Assembly (NCBI GenBank): GCA_016929335.1
Contig: JAFGIY010000199.1
Location: 927 to 64,926, forward strand
Length of the DNA stretch: 64,000 nt
Reading direction: 5' to 3'
Origin: Acidobacteriota bacterium
Lineage (GTDB): Bacteria > Acidobacteriota > UBA6911
This document shows positions 8,705 to 19,351 of the stretch, one piece after another. Positions within the stretch are counted from its first letter, which is position 1; each line of letters opens with the position of its first letter. The translations under genes were made by a program, and so were the position numbers. The notes under the pieces were generated by a model. The model saw only the letters and a program-made list of their open reading frames with translations. It was not told where the DNA came from and searched no databases.

Positions 8705-10348
8705 TCAATCCGGCAGCTTCTTCAGCATTCTGTAGCGTCTGATCAGGATGCTGGTGGAACTGTCATGATCGAGCACACTCTCGTTTTCAGACTCGAGCTC
8801 CGGAATGATGCGTGCCGCAAGCGCCTTGCCCAATTCAACTCCCCACTGGTCAAACGAATCAATCCCCCAAAGAACGCCCTGTGTAAAGACGCTATGTTCG
8901 TAAAGTGCTACCAGTTTTCCCAATGCCTCTGGAGTCAAACGCTCCAGCAGGATTGTGCTGGAGGGACGATTGCCCTCAAATACTTTATGAGGCGCCAGCC
9001 ATGAGGGCGTATTGTCCGCCAGAACTTCCTCGCTGGTTTTGCCGAAAGCCATGGCCTCTGCCTGAGCAAACATATTTGCCATAAGCATGTCATGGTGGCG
9101 GCCGATTGGATTAAGCGGTTGAATGAAGCCGATGAAATCACAGGGTATAAGCTTGGTTCCCTGGTGAATCAGCTGATAAAAGGAATGCTGCCCGTTAGTA
9201 CCCGGTTCGCCCCAGTATACCGGTGCTGTTTGCCAGGCAACCTCCGTGCCGTCCATTGTAATGCGTTTGCCGTTGCTCTCCATTGTCAACTGCTGCAAAT
9301 AGGCCGGGAAGCGTTTCAAATATTGTTCATAAGGCAGGACCGCCACTGTCTGAGCGCCGAAAAAGTTGTTGTACCATAAGCCCAACAACCCCATCAGCAC
9401 CGGAAGGTTGCGATCGAAAGGTGCGGTGCGGAAATGCTCGTCCATTTGATGAAAACCGCCCAACATACTGCGGAAATGCTCCGGGCCGATGGCGATCATT
9501 GTGGACAGTCCGATTGCTGAGTCCATGGAGTATCGCCCTCCAACCCAATCCCAAAACTCAAACATATTTGCAGTGTCAATGCCGAACCCGGCCACTTCTT
9601 CAGCGTTGGTTGAGACTGCGACAAAATGGCTGGCAACCGCTTCCGGATCTTTTAAAGCTTTTAGAACCCAGTCGCGGGCGGTATGAGCGTTGGTCATTGT
9701 TTCCTGGGTTTTAAATGTTTTTGACGAAATAACAAAAAGGGTTTCTCCGGCATCGAGATCGCGGACGGTTTCGGCAAAATCCGTTCCATCTATGTTGGAG
9801 ACGAAACGGCATGTCAGATCGCGCCGGCTGTAATGCCGCAATGCCTCATATGCCATCACCGGTCCCAAATCCGAACCGCCGATGCCGATATTGATTACAG
9901 TGCGGATCGACTTGCCCGTGTGTCCTCTCCATTGCCCGTTGCGTACCCTTTTGGCGAACTCTTCCATCCTGTTGAGCACAGCATGCACCTGCGGGATAAC
10001 ATTTTGGCCGTCCACGAAAACGGCACGTTCCACAGGGGCTCGCAATGCCGTATGCAGGGCCGCTCGATTTTCCGTGACGTTGATCTTTTCGCCCCGAAAC
10101 ATGGCATCTATGCGGGTCCTCAGCCCGGCCTCCTCCGCCAATTGCAGAAGAAGCTCCAGTGTCTCACCGGTGATGAGATGCTTCGAATAGTCCAGATAGA
10201 TTCCTACGGCTTCAGCCGTCAGACGTTCTCCGCGATTCGGATCCTCAGCAAAAAGCCGCCGGAGGTGCAGTCCCCGGATTTTCGCATAATGAGTCTGGAG
10301 CGCCTGCCATGCCGGGAGTCTGGTAAGAAGAGGAATGGATGTCATCAT
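8705..10348 (-). CDS. pgi: Glucose-6-phosphate isomerase
   Basis: 547 aa with full-length similarity to PGI: [24 protein letters not shown] and [17 protein letters not shown]. Confidence 0.97.
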   Translation of the reverse strand: MMTSIPLLTRLPAWQALQTHYAKIRGLHLRRLFAEDPNRGERLTAEAVGIYLDYSKHLITGETLELLLQLAEEAGLRTRIDAMFRGEKINVTENRAALHTALRAPVERAVFVDGQNVIPQVHAVLNRMEEFAKRVRNGQWRGHTGKSIRTVINIGIGGSDLGPVMAYEALRHYSRRDLTCRFVSNIDGTDFAETVRDLDAGETLFVISSKTFKTQETMTNAHTARDWVLKALKDPEAVASHFVAVSTNAEEVAGFGIDTANMFEFWDWVGGRYSMDSAIGLSTMIAIGPEHFRSMLGGFHQMDEHFRTAPFDRNLPVLMGLLGLWYNNFFGAQTVAVLPYEQYLKRFPAYLQQLTMESNGKRITMDGTEVAWQTAPVYWGEPGTNGQHSFYQLIHQGTKLIPCDFIGFIQPLNPIGRHHDMLMANMFAQAEAMAFGKTSEEVLADNTPSWLAPHKVFEGNRPSSTILLERLTPEALGKLVALYEHSVFTQGVLWGIDSFDQWGVELGKALAARIIPELESENESVLDHDSSTSILIRRYRMLKKLPD

Positions 10349-10541
10349 GCCTGTTTCCTTTCACGAACAGGCATTATAACCGCAAAAATATTTTGAATCA
10401 GCGAGTTCCGATCTCTGCTCCCGACAATGCCCGGGCATGAGTAAAACTGCCTATAGGAGAACACGTATTTCTTCGGATTTCCCCATCGATGCCTTTGATG
10501 CTGTAATAGCCTAAAACTCTACCGTGAGGATAGTGCAGACC

Positions 10542-12128
10542 ATGATCGAATTGGAACAAGAAAGAATCCCCGATGAAATCGATTACGAGTCAATAGACAG
10601 AGATGATGAAGACTCGGAGACAGCCGGGATGTATCCGGGATTCATGAATGCGGATTATAAAGCCGGACTCGAATCCGTTCCGGATGAAGACAAGCCGGCT
10701 GGGGAATTGGGGAAAAGCGATTCCTCGGCTGATCCCATCCTCATTTATTATAGAAACCTGAGAAGGTTTCCACTCCTGACGCGAGAACAGGAAGTGACTC
10801 TGGCAAAGAAAATCGAATCCGCAAAGCTGAATATTCTGAGGCTTCTATCTCTCACAACCATTACTACGTTGAAATTAAAGGAAATGGCGGCGGAGCTTCA
10901 GCTTCGTGGATTATCCGTTTCTGCGCCTCGACATGGTGAGGAACCAAAACCGGAAACGGAAGAAGAAACCTCTCTTGAAGAACGAACTCAGATTCGTCTC
11001 CGGCAGATACGCAGAATCATGGCGCGTCTTGAAGGTCTGGAAACCAGGTGCCGGCGAATGCAAAAAAGCCGGCAACAAAAGAAGCCTCGCAATAGCAAAA
11101 TGCCCATAAACGAGGACCGAATTCAAAAGGAACGCGAAGCGATTTTTCGTACGCTCCAGAAATTGGAATTCAGCGAAGCGCAGATCGATGAATTAACCGG
11201 CAGCGTGGCAGAAGCTTGGCATCGGATGGAAAAGGTCCATGCGGCTGTCAGAGAGTTCTCCTATAACAGGGTATCAAATGGCGGATCCTTGCGCAGTGCT
11301 CGGGCCCATCTGAAGGAACTCGAGACCACCTACAACATAAGAGTCGATGATTTGCGAAGAATTGTGACACAGATCAACTCCAGCAAGGCAGAAATGCTGG
11401 AGGCAAAGGACCAGTTCGTGCAGTCCAATTTGCGTCTTGTGTTCAGCATTGCCAAGAAGTATTCCTACCCGACTTTGGATCTTTTGGACCTGGTTCAGGA
11501 AGGGAACATCGGGCTCATGAAGGCGGTTTATAAATTCAACTACCGCCTGGGCCATAAATTCTCAACTTATGCAACATGGTGGATTCGTCAAAGCATCTCA
11601 CGGGCAATCGCGGATCAGGGCAGAACCATCAGAATTCCGGTTCACATGATAGAAGCTATGAATCGTACCCTCAAGGCTTCCAATGAGCTTTCCAAGCGGT
11701 TAGGGCGGATGCACTCCATTCCTGAATTAGCCAGAGAACTCAAGATTCCGGTTTCCAAGATCAGAGATATCCTGCTGGCTGCCCAGGAGCCGGTTTCTCT
11801 GGAGGCGGCGGTCGGAGACAACCCGGATTCATCACTGAATAGATTCGTTGAGGATAAAAACGCCGTATTGCCCGAGAAGAATGCGATGGATCGCAATCTC
11901 GAAGAGGTAACCGATTCTGCTTTGCAGGTGTTGTCGCCGCGCGAGCAGCAGATCGTGCGGATGCGCTACGGCTTGAATGATACCGGAAAGGAGTATACGC
12001 TTCAGGAAGTGGGAGAGGTCTTCCGGGTAACCAGAGAACGGATACGCCAGATAGAAGAAAAAGCGCTGCTGAAACTCCGCAGCCCTCATTCCGCCAATAA
12101 GCTGCTGGACTTTATGAGTAAGAACTGA
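10542..12128 (+). CDS. RNA polymerase sigma-70 family factor, RpoD-like paralogue (group 1/2)
   Basis: The ORF is open from the GTG at 10524; an ATG at 10542 follows GAGGA. Regions 1.2 to 4 are present: [58 protein letters not shown] and [19 protein letters not shown]. The N-terminus is acidic. Confidence 0.9.
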   Translation: MIELEQERIPDEIDYESIDRDDEDSETAGMYPGFMNADYKAGLESVPDEDKPAGELGKSDSSADPILIYYRNLRRFPLLTREQEVTLAKKIESAKLNILRLLSLTTITTLKLKEMAAELQLRGLSVSAPRHGEEPKPETEEETSLEERTQIRLRQIRRIMARLEGLETRCRRMQKSRQQKKPRNSKMPINEDRIQKEREAIFRTLQKLEFSEAQIDELTGSVAEAWHRMEKVHAAVREFSYNRVSNGGSLRSARAHLKELETTYNIRVDDLRRIVTQINSSKAEMLEAKDQFVQSNLRLVFSIAKKYSYPTLDLLDLVQEGNIGLMKAVYKFNYRLGHKFSTYATWWIRQSISRAIADQGRTIRIPVHMIEAMNRTLKASNELSKRLGRMHSIPELARELKIPVSKIRDILLAAQEPVSLEAAVGDNPDSSLNRFVEDKNAVLPEKNAMDRNLEEVTDSALQVLSPREQQIVRMRYGLNDTGKEYTLQEVGEVFRVTRERIRQIEEKALLKLRSPHSANKLLDFMSKN

Positions 12129-12261
12129 CGCAGGGAAACCGATCCGCCGAAATTTTTATTGCGCCGGCGACGTATCGGTGGCGAATTTCCTGATATGGTC
12201 GGCAACGTGATGGAATTATATATTTAGGTTTAAGTATCGTTATCCAGAAAGGAAACGATCT

Positions 12262-12600
12262 ATGTCGGACGAAGTCGTAAATAAAAGTACTGCCACGGCA
12301 TTGCTTGCAGGGGCGTTGCTGGGCGCAGGGATTGCTCTTCTGTTTGCTCCGCAGTCCGGGCGCCAGACGCGTCGCGATATCCGTCACTTTACAGAAAAAC
12401 TTGGAAATAAGGCGGATGCTGCACGGCTCGAATTGCAGCATACCATCGAAAATATGGCCGGGGATGCGGAAGAAAAGCTCCGGGAGGGTCTCACCAAAGG
12501 CATGGACTGGACGGATGGAAAGCTTGCCGATCTCCGGCGTGCTTTGGAATCCGTCAGAAAATCCGTTGCCGGTGAGATTGAGAAAATCCAGTCCTCCTGA
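12262..12600 (+). CDS. YtxH domain-containing protein
   Basis: 112 aa. An N-terminal helix ALLAGALLGAGIALLFAPQSGRQTRRDI is followed by a charged helical tail. AGGAAA precedes the ATG. Confidence 0.8.
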   Translation: MSDEVVNKSTATALLAGALLGAGIALLFAPQSGRQTRRDIRHFTEKLGNKADAARLELQHTIENMAGDAEEKLREGLTKGMDWTDGKLADLRRALESVRKSVAGEIEKIQSS

Positions 12601-12605
12601 TCTAC

Positions 12606-12625
12606 GGGGACACTGGTGACTGTCC
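12606..12625. repeat. Single, 3'-truncated copy of the GGGGACACTGGTGACTGTCCCC element
   Basis: GGGGACACTGGTGACTGTCC lies in the 35-nt gap between the convergent stops at 12600 and 12636. Confidence 0.8.
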
Positions 12626-12635
12626 TTATTTGGAA

Positions 12636-14768
12636 TCAGATTGCATATCCGGTGAGGGCGCCGTCGCGGACGGCATCGACGATCAATCCCGGTTCTTTGC
12701 AGCTGCCGATCACGTAGGTTTCTTCAACCAGTTTTGCCAGCATATCGATAGCTTCTCTATTTGGACCCCAGTCTTGAGTGGCCAGTATTTGCCTGCCTCC
12801 AACTATAAATACCCGCTTGTCGCGCAGCTGTATCTTAAGACCTGATCCGGCGATTTCGCGATAGGCGGAGTCGGTCCACACGGATACATGCTTTTGCCTG
12901 AACCACGGCCACAGGTTTTCCAGGTCATCTTGTGTCATGCCGTCGCCCAGTTCGGACGGCGGCCCATCGTGAACAAGAACGACTCTCCGGCCTCGCTTGG
13001 CAAGGAACTCAGCCAGTTCACAGCCGTGAAGCTTGCCACCTGTGATGACAATGCTTTTTGCCACGGGCATCCACAGGCGTGAGAGTTTCTGTACCTGAAC
13101 CGGCGTCAGGATGCGCAAAGCCAGCTTGAGCAGGCGATGCAATTTATCCGTCGAGATAGCTTTTCCGCCGGTTGCACCAGGCAGATCCCATTTGATATGA
13201 GCTGCGCCCGCTGCGAGTACCAGGACATCGGGCTTCTCCGCCTGAACAATGGCGGGCGTTACAGTTTTATTAAGATGAACGGCAACCTTTTCTTTTTTCA
13301 GTTGTGCTTCGAGATAACGAATATAACCGGTGATATCTTCGGTTTCGAGGTCCTTCAGGACGGCTGCCAGATTAACCAGCCCTCCCAGGCGGAAATCCTT
13401 TTCGTAGAGGATCACCGTATGACCGCGCCTGGCAGCGAGGCGCGCGGCTTCCATACCCGCCGGACCGCCTCCCACTACGAATATCTTCTTTTTGCGTTCG
13501 ACAGTACGGCATTGGTATTCGGGTAAGGTTTCCCTTCCGAGCGTGGGATTGACGCGGCATTCGAGCTTTTTATTTTTGTTGCGCATATCAAAGCAATGCA
13601 GGCAGCCATGACAGACGCGGATATCCTCCAGCCGGCCTTCCTTGACCTTGTTTGGAAGAGCCGGATCGGCAAGGAGCCGGCGGGTCATGCCGACAAAATC
13701 GAGACTTCCTTTGCGAAGGTATTCCTCTCCCAACTCCGCATCGAGGCGGCAGGCCGTCCACAGCGGTATCCGAACGCCCTTGCGCTTGACCGCCTCGACG
13801 AGCGGCACCGTGGCGCCCCTGCCCTGCCGGCTCCAGTCAAGATCGGCAGGCAGCTCAGCCGGCGGTTCGGGATAGAGGATGCGATCTGGCTGGATGAGTC
13901 CTCCCCGATGCCCATAGCGTTCAGCCCGGCAGTTGATGCCGTCGGCGATGTCTGCAATCGCTTTTGCCATCTCTGCGCCCTCTTCGATCGTGGTAGCAAG
14001 CGGATGGTTGTACTCAACGATGTTGAAAAGCGCATGCACGGCGAATGAGGGGCCGCATCGCCGTTTTGCTTCCGCAATGATGTTCCGCAGAAAGCGAGTG
14101 CGGTTCGCATAGTTCTGCGTCCCGTACTCATCGTCACGCCGGTTCCAAACGCGAGACAAGAAGGTATTCCCCTGATGACAGGTCCCGTGATTAATCTCGC
14201 AGGCGTCGAAACCGGCTTTCCATGCCCTCTCAGCCGCAGCGGCCCACAGATCAATCTGATCCTCGATCTCCTGCCTGCTCATCGCCCGGCAGGGAAGGAA
14301 GTCCGGTCCGGGCAATTCTTCCTGCGCAATCGCGGAGGCGCACTTAATATCGCGGATTTTGGGATCCCGGGGAAGAAGTCCCGTGGGATTCCAGGGACCG
14401 GCGTGCTGGAACTGAATCGAGACAGGACAACCATGCTTGTGAACGGCATCCGTTAATCGCCGGAATCCGGAGATGAATCTGTCGTCATCGAGATGAAGCT
14501 GCACTCCTTCATAGCTGCCGTCGGAACGATAGTGCACATGCTGGATCGCAAGCGGATATTCCACTCCGCACGACTCTACAACAAGGAAGCCGACGCCGCC
14601 TTTGGCCAGGCGTTCATAATAAGCGATCATGCGCGGGCCGATTGTCTGGTCCTCTTCCATGAAGGATGTGCCGTTCGCCGTTTTGATGATACGGTTGCGT
14701 GTCTGAACCGGGCCGATTCTTCCCGGTTCCATAAGCTTTTCGAAACGCCCTGCGGTACCATCCATCAC
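12636..14768 (-). CDS. Old-yellow-enzyme-type NADH:flavin oxidoreductase fused to an FAD/NAD(P)-binding domain (2,4-dienoyl-CoA reductase FadH-like)
   Basis: 710 aa. An N-terminal OYE TIM-barrel region is followed by the Cys cluster RVCHGCLHCFD, the dinucleotide motif VVGGGPAGMEAA and a second Rossmann segment. Confidence 0.9.
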   Translation of the reverse strand: MMDGTAGRFEKLMEPGRIGPVQTRNRIIKTANGTSFMEEDQTIGPRMIAYYERLAKGGVGFLVVESCGVEYPLAIQHVHYRSDGSYEGVQLHLDDDRFISGFRRLTDAVHKHGCPVSIQFQHAGPWNPTGLLPRDPKIRDIKCASAIAQEELPGPDFLPCRAMSRQEIEDQIDLWAAAAERAWKAGFDACEINHGTCHQGNTFLSRVWNRRDDEYGTQNYANRTRFLRNIIAEAKRRCGPSFAVHALFNIVEYNHPLATTIEEGAEMAKAIADIADGINCRAERYGHRGGLIQPDRILYPEPPAELPADLDWSRQGRGATVPLVEAVKRKGVRIPLWTACRLDAELGEEYLRKGSLDFVGMTRRLLADPALPNKVKEGRLEDIRVCHGCLHCFDMRNKNKKLECRVNPTLGRETLPEYQCRTVERKKKIFVVGGGPAGMEAARLAARRGHTVILYEKDFRLGGLVNLAAVLKDLETEDITGYIRYLEAQLKKEKVAVHLNKTVTPAIVQAEKPDVLVLAAGAAHIKWDLPGATGGKAISTDKLHRLLKLALRILTPVQVQKLSRLWMPVAKSIVITGGKLHGCELAEFLAKRGRRVVLVHDGPPSELGDGMTQDDLENLWPWFRQKHVSVWTDSAYREIAGSGLKIQLRDKRVFIVGGRQILATQDWGPNREAIDMLAKLVEETYVIGSCKEPGLIVDAVRDGALTGYAI

Positions 14769-14780
14769 TCAACTCCACGT

Positions 14781-15698
14781 CTATTGAAGACTTTCATCCA
14801 CAACCCGGGCTGCATCCTTCAGCAGGTCGATGGTGCTCTTCAATCTCTCCTGCTCATCAGGAGCCAGTTCCCATTCCAATATTTCCTGCATGCCGTTTCT
14901 CCCAAGGGCCGCGGGAACCGACATGCTGAAACCCCGCAGTCCATATTCGCCGTTCAATATCGCGGAGCAGGGGAAAATTTCTCCGGAATTTTGCAGAATG
15001 GCGCGCGTGATCGCCGCCATACCGACGGCTGATGTCCATCCGGCAGTCCTGCCGGTTTGCAGTTCCTCATAGTGCTTCAGTATGGTGGGCACAACGGCGC
15101 GTATCTCCATCTTTTCATTCTCGGTGAATTGCACCGGCCGTCCATCGATGCGGACAGAGCTGAACAGGAGCACCTGACTGCTGCCGTGTTCGCCAATCAC
15201 GGTAGCCTGCACCCGGCTTGCCGGGACTCCTCTGGCCCGGGCTACCAGTTCACGGAAACGGAATGAGTCGTTGATTGAGTAGCCGATGAGTTGACGGCGA
15301 TCAAATCCTCCCATGCGCCACATGGCATAGTTAAGAGGATCCACCGGATTGGTAGCTGTGATTATGACGGCGGAGGGACAATATCGCCTGATCTGAACAG
15401 CGATATCTCGAACCAATGGTATATTACGGGGAAGCAGTTCCATGCGATCGGCGATGAGTCCCTGGGGAACTCCTGCCGCATTGATGACGATGTCCGATCC
15501 GACCAGGTCTTCGTAATTCCCGTCCCTGACACGGACGTCGAGCGAAGAAACCGCAGTGCTGATATCCATCGCGTGCTGCTTCACGAAGTTCAGGCGCACG
15601 TCGATCATGACGATCTCTTCCGCCAGCCCAGACGCAGCTAAATAAAAGGCAACCGCCGATCCCACGGCTCCCCCCGCGCCGACAATGCTTACCTTCAT
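14781..15698 (-). CDS. L-lactate/malate dehydrogenase family protein
   Basis: ORF 14781..15755. The preferred start is the ATG at 15698 (MKVSIVGAGGAVGS), preceded by AGGAGGAAG. It has IGEHG, and AGVPQG places Gln where LDHs carry Q102. Confidence 0.9.
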   Translation of the reverse strand: MKVSIVGAGGAVGSAVAFYLAASGLAEEIVMIDVRLNFVKQHAMDISTAVSSLDVRVRDGNYEDLVGSDIVINAAGVPQGLIADRMELLPRNIPLVRDIAVQIRRYCPSAVIITATNPVDPLNYAMWRMGGFDRRQLIGYSINDSFRFRELVARARGVPASRVQATVIGEHGSSQVLLFSSVRIDGRPVQFTENEKMEIRAVVPTILKHYEELQTGRTAGWTSAVGMAAITRAILQNSGEIFPCSAILNGEYGLRGFSMSVPAALGRNGMQEILEWELAPDEQERLKSTIDLLKDAARVVDESLQ

Positions 15699-15766
15699 GG
15701 CTTCTTCCTCCTGCGTCCGCGCCAATTGTAAGCTAATTCCGTTTACAGGCGCCATAGCCTCGGAAT

Positions 15767-15785
15767 CATTCGTGATTATTCGTGG
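15767..15785. repeat. Half-site of the TTCGTG short-period repeat family
   Basis: CATTCGTGATTATTCGTGG lies in the divergent ldh/folC intergenic region, with two TTCGTG cores 10 nt apart. Confidence 0.6.
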
Positions 15786-16016
15786 CTTAGGCGCGGTTGA
15801 TTATAAACCGTGCTTCCGCAAACCCAGGAGGAGGTGATGGAAGTCGTCATGTCCAACAAACCATAGCCGCAACCCGGTTGTCTCGGGTTTGTGAATGGGA
15901 GTGGTTGAGTCTTCTCCTTTCGACTATAATTCCACTCTGGTATTGTGCGCCGTAGTTCAGGCGCATTGGATATAATCAATTTTTCCAGATAGAACATCAG
16001 CCTCATTATCATCTCC

Positions 16017-17327
16017 ATGAACCATAGCGAAACTCTGAAATATCTGGCTCAGAAAGGCAACGAGGTGCAGATGATGCACCTCGGTTTGCATCGCACACGC
16101 GCCATGATGCAAGCACTGGGCGATCCGCAGGATCGATACCCTTCCATTCATATAGCCGGTACGAACGGGAAGGGAAGTGTCGCTGCCATGTGCGAGTCCA
16201 TTCTGCGGCATGCCGGCCTGGTTACGGGGCTTTACACTTCTCCCCATCTGGTGCGCGTTGAAGAAAGAATCCGGGTTGCCGGCCGCCAGGTCTCAGCCCG
16301 CCGTTTTTCCAGCCTGGCAACGCGGATCCGAAAAGTCGAGGCGGCCCTGCTCGAGAATAAAACGCTTGACCGGCCGTTGACGACTTTTGAGCTCCTTACC
16401 TGCTGCGCATTCCTGAATTTTGCCGACGAAAAGATCGACATTGCCGTCTTTGAAGTAGGCCTGGGCGGGAAACTCGATGCAACAAACATTATCCATCCGG
16501 CGGTCTGCGTAATTACGGGGATTTCGCTGGACCATCAGAATTATCTGGGACGCACTCTGACCAAGATCGCCGGAGAGAAGGCAGGAATCATTAAAGAAGG
16601 CATATCCGTGATCTCCGGCTGCAGGTTGCCGGCTCCCCGTCGAGTCGTCTTCAATCAGGCGAAAAAGGTTCATGCTCCACTTCTTGAAATAAGCCGGCAT
16701 GCCGCCATTCGGAATCTCAGGGAATCACGCGGGCGCTATTCTTTCGATCTCCGCACGCCGCTCCGGCGATACCGGAACCTGCATCTCTCTCTTTCCGGTG
16801 AATATCAAACCTGGAACGCCGCGCTTGCGGTCATGGCGATCGAGGCTTTGAAATCCTTCCGCATAGATGTGGCCGATATCCGAGAAGGTTTAGCCAATAC
16901 CTATTGGTCGGGAAGACTCGACGAATATTCATCCCGCAAACGCACGCTGCTGGACGGCGCGCACAATCCGGAAGGTGCGCAGCTATTAAGGGACTTCCTC
17001 ATCGGGGGGAAGGAAAGGGAAGTGCATCTGGTTTTCGGTGTGGTGCGTGATAAAAATATCCGGGGTATTGGATCCGCAATCTTTCCCATTGCCACAAGCA
17101 TACATCTGACGCCGCTTGCCAATTCGCGTTCCGCCGATCCCGCCGAGGTAGCGGCAATGCATAAGCGATTCCTCCCCCGCATGAAAATCCATGCCGGTAT
17201 GCCGGAAGCTCTTTATTCCGCATGGAAGGAATGTTCGGCTTCCGGGCTTGTGGTGGTTACCGGATCGCTCTACCTCGTCGGTGAACTGTTGCCGCTGGTA
17301 CGGGCAAACGTCGCGACTGCAAAATAG
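16017..17327 (+). CDS. folC: Bifunctional folylpolyglutamate synthase / dihydrofolate synthase
   Basis: 436 aa with the HIAGTNGKGS P-loop and the Mur-ligase-type layout, including a DGAHNPEG motif. Confidence 0.9.
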   Translation: MNHSETLKYLAQKGNEVQMMHLGLHRTRAMMQALGDPQDRYPSIHIAGTNGKGSVAAMCESILRHAGLVTGLYTSPHLVRVEERIRVAGRQVSARRFSSLATRIRKVEAALLENKTLDRPLTTFELLTCCAFLNFADEKIDIAVFEVGLGGKLDATNIIHPAVCVITGISLDHQNYLGRTLTKIAGEKAGIIKEGISVISGCRLPAPRRVVFNQAKKVHAPLLEISRHAAIRNLRESRGRYSFDLRTPLRRYRNLHLSLSGEYQTWNAALAVMAIEALKSFRIDVADIREGLANTYWSGRLDEYSSRKRTLLDGAHNPEGAQLLRDFLIGGKEREVHLVFGVVRDKNIRGIGSAIFPIATSIHLTPLANSRSADPAEVAAMHKRFLPRMKIHAGMPEALYSAWKECSASGLVVVTGSLYLVGELLPLVRANVATAK

Positions 17328-17370
17328 AAAACGGCGGGGCGCAGAACGGCACGGTCCATTAAATCACGAT

Positions 17371-18027
17371 TTATCGCCTCGTGGATTTAGGGACCTTCTC
17401 CCAGTCTTTCAGAAAACGGGCCAAGCCGATATCGGTCAAAGGATGCTGGAGAAGCTGTTCCAGCACTTTGAACGGCATGGTAGCTACATGTGCGCCGAGC
17501 AAGGCTGCTTCCTTAACATGGATGGGATTGCGGATGCTGGCGACCAGAACCTGGGTTTGGAATTTATAATTGTCAAATATCTGGACTAGATCTCCTATCA
17601 GATCCATACCCACTTCGCTGATATCGTCGAATCTGCCGACAAATGGAGAAACGTATGTCGCCCCCAGCTTTGCTGCAACGAGGGCCTGGTTGGCGTTGAA
17701 TACGAGAGTCACATTGGTGCGCACACCGTCTTTGGAGAGCTGTTTGAGGGCCTTCATCCCTTCTTTGATCATCGGGATCTTGATGACGATATTTTGATGC
17801 AGCTTGGCCAGATCGTAAGCTTCGCGCAGAATTCCCGCCGCATCGATGCTGACGACTTCCGCACTGATCGGGCCATCCACAATCTTCGTGATCTCCAGCA
17901 GGATTTCCTTGAAATCGCGACCTTCCTTGCTGACCAGAGATGGATTAGTTGTCACTCCATCGATTAAGCCATACTCAGCCGCATTCCGGATTTCATCAAT
18001 ATTGGCTGTATCCAAGAAAAATTTCAT
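17371..18027 (-). CDS. fsa: Fructose-6-phosphate aldolase / short transaldolase
   Basis: 218 aa: [34 protein letters not shown] and SPFVGR motifs. Confidence 0.93.
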   Translation of the reverse strand: MKFFLDTANIDEIRNAAEYGLIDGVTTNPSLVSKEGRDFKEILLEITKIVDGPISAEVVSIDAAGILREAYDLAKLHQNIVIKIPMIKEGMKALKQLSKDGVRTNVTLVFNANQALVAAKLGATYVSPFVGRFDDISEVGMDLIGDLVQIFDNYKFQTQVLVASIRNPIHVKEAALLGAHVATMPFKVLEQLLQHPLTDIGLARFLKDWEKVPKSTRR

Positions 18028-18056
18028 ACGACCTTCTCCTGTTCTTCATATATTTA

Positions 18057-18236
18057 ACCCGGATTATTCATGAAGCTTCTACTGCGGCGGCGTATCCGGG
18101 CGTGTCTACTGCGTTGCGCTCGGTCGGATTCCTTGACGTACTGTCGAGTACGCCTGCGGAATCCTCGCGTCGCGCGCCTTGTATCCACGCCCGTCTGCGC
18201 CGCCTCGCGACGAACCTTCATGAATATTCCGGGTTA
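18057..18236. repeat. Imperfect palindrome of about 180 nt (multi-stem long hairpin)
   Basis: The outer arms AACCCGGATTATTCATGAAG (18057..18076) and CTTCATGAATATTCCGGGTT (18217..18236) are complementary at 19 of 20 positions. Inner complementary pairs are CCGGGCGTG/CACGCCCG, GGATTCC/GGAATCC and CGTACT-GTCG-AGTACG, centred near 18145. Confidence 0.75.
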
Positions 18237-18244
18237 ACAAGGCG

Positions 18245-19351
18245 CTATCTTGTTTCGAATTCCGCCCGTACCATAGTGCTTTCGTTTCCGTGGGCGTCGA
18301 CTGCCTGAATGACGTATTCATACTGCCGATCGGGCTCTGCCCGGCTGTCGCGACAGTTTAAAACCGTAATCAAATTCTTTTGCAGCAGTTCGCGCGCGCC
18401 CGTTTTATTATCCTGCCGGTAAACTCTATATCCGGCCACATCAGCCGAGGACGATGGCGCCCAAAGCAGAATAATACTGTCTTCCTCTCTAACTGCGGTG
18501 AAATTTTCCGGCGGCGCCGGCGGGAAGACATCACGCGTTTCAACCTGCAGGATTCCGGAAGGAAGGCTCTCGGCATAGGGATTCCCGGCGCTTCCCACGG
18601 TTCTGATCACGTATCGATAAAGCCTGTCAAACTGGAAATCGCGGTCCTCAAATCCGGATTTTCGAACGAGGTCCGGATGAATTGGTATGGAACTGAATTC
18701 CCCGGTCCCCTCTGCTCTGTGGATTTTGTATCCCGCAATCCTGGGCGGTTTTGATCCATCCATGTTTTCGCTCGGTTCAGCCCATTTCAGCTCGATGGAG
18801 TTTTCCGTTACTTTTGCCGCAAAATTTTCAGGCGGCCCCGGAATAGCCACCGGCGCAATCAGTGCCTGGTTGCTGAAGCCCGCGGTCTGATTCTTCCTGT
18901 TTATGAAAAGCACGGCATAGCGATAGGTGCGGGAATAAAACGATAACGGGTCCGGCGGATCCGCCCTGTCCTCTATAACGAACGATTCTCCCTGCAGGTA
19001 TTTGGAAATATCGGGAAATGGGATCGACAGGATCCGCACCGCGCGTTTGGCAAACTGGTCTTCGGGCACTGGATTTGTTGAGACCGTCTGGCCGGTGTCT
19101 TCATCAAGACGGAATACCTCCACCCTTTCCAGTGTTTTTACATCGGAACCGTCTGTGTTCTGCAGAGGCAGGGCGAAAGTCAACCTGATGGAGTCGGAGA
19201 TCTGTTGAACGGCCAGGTCGGTTGCCGGCCTCGGGACGTGAACTTCCGGCGGTTGCGGTTCGCTGATTTTGGCGCAGCCCGGACCCATCATCAGGCATAT
19301 GGCAATCGCCAGAATCGTGCTCAATACTTCAGTTCCAGATTCTTTCCGCAT
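18245..19351 (-). CDS. Lipoprotein with fibronectin type III-like repeats
   Basis: 368 aa with a lipobox-like signal LMMGPGC. Two FN3-like segments are present (PGPPENFAAKV...IELKWAEP; PPAPPENFTAV...IILLWAPS...GYRVYR). Its ATG overlaps the hslU stop (TAATG). Confidence 0.7.
   Translation of the reverse strand: MRKESGTEVLSTILAIAICLMMGPGCAKISEPQPPEVHVPRPATDLAVQQISDSIRLTFALPLQNTDGSDVKTLERVEVFRLDEDTGQTVSTNPVPEDQFAKRAVRILSIPFPDISKYLQGESFVIEDRADPPDPLSFYSRTYRYAVLFINRKNQTAGFSNQALIAPVAIPGPPENFAAKVTENSIELKWAEPSENMDGSKPPRIAGYKIHRAEGTGEFSSIPIHPDLVRKSGFEDRDFQFDRLYRYVIRTVGSAGNPYAESLPSGILQVETRDVFPPAPPENFTAVREEDSIILLWAPSSSADVAGYRVYRQDNKTGARELLQKNLITVLNCRDSRAEPDRQYEYVIQAVDAHGNESTMVRAEFETR

Noticed and set aside
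10346-10374. A 9-bp hairpin (ATGCCTGTT...AACAGGCAT) that includes the pgi start codon and places its AGGAAA RBS in the loop.
   Set aside because: The structure is real, but short stems at initiation regions are common. I have no evidence that it is regulatory, so interest is low.
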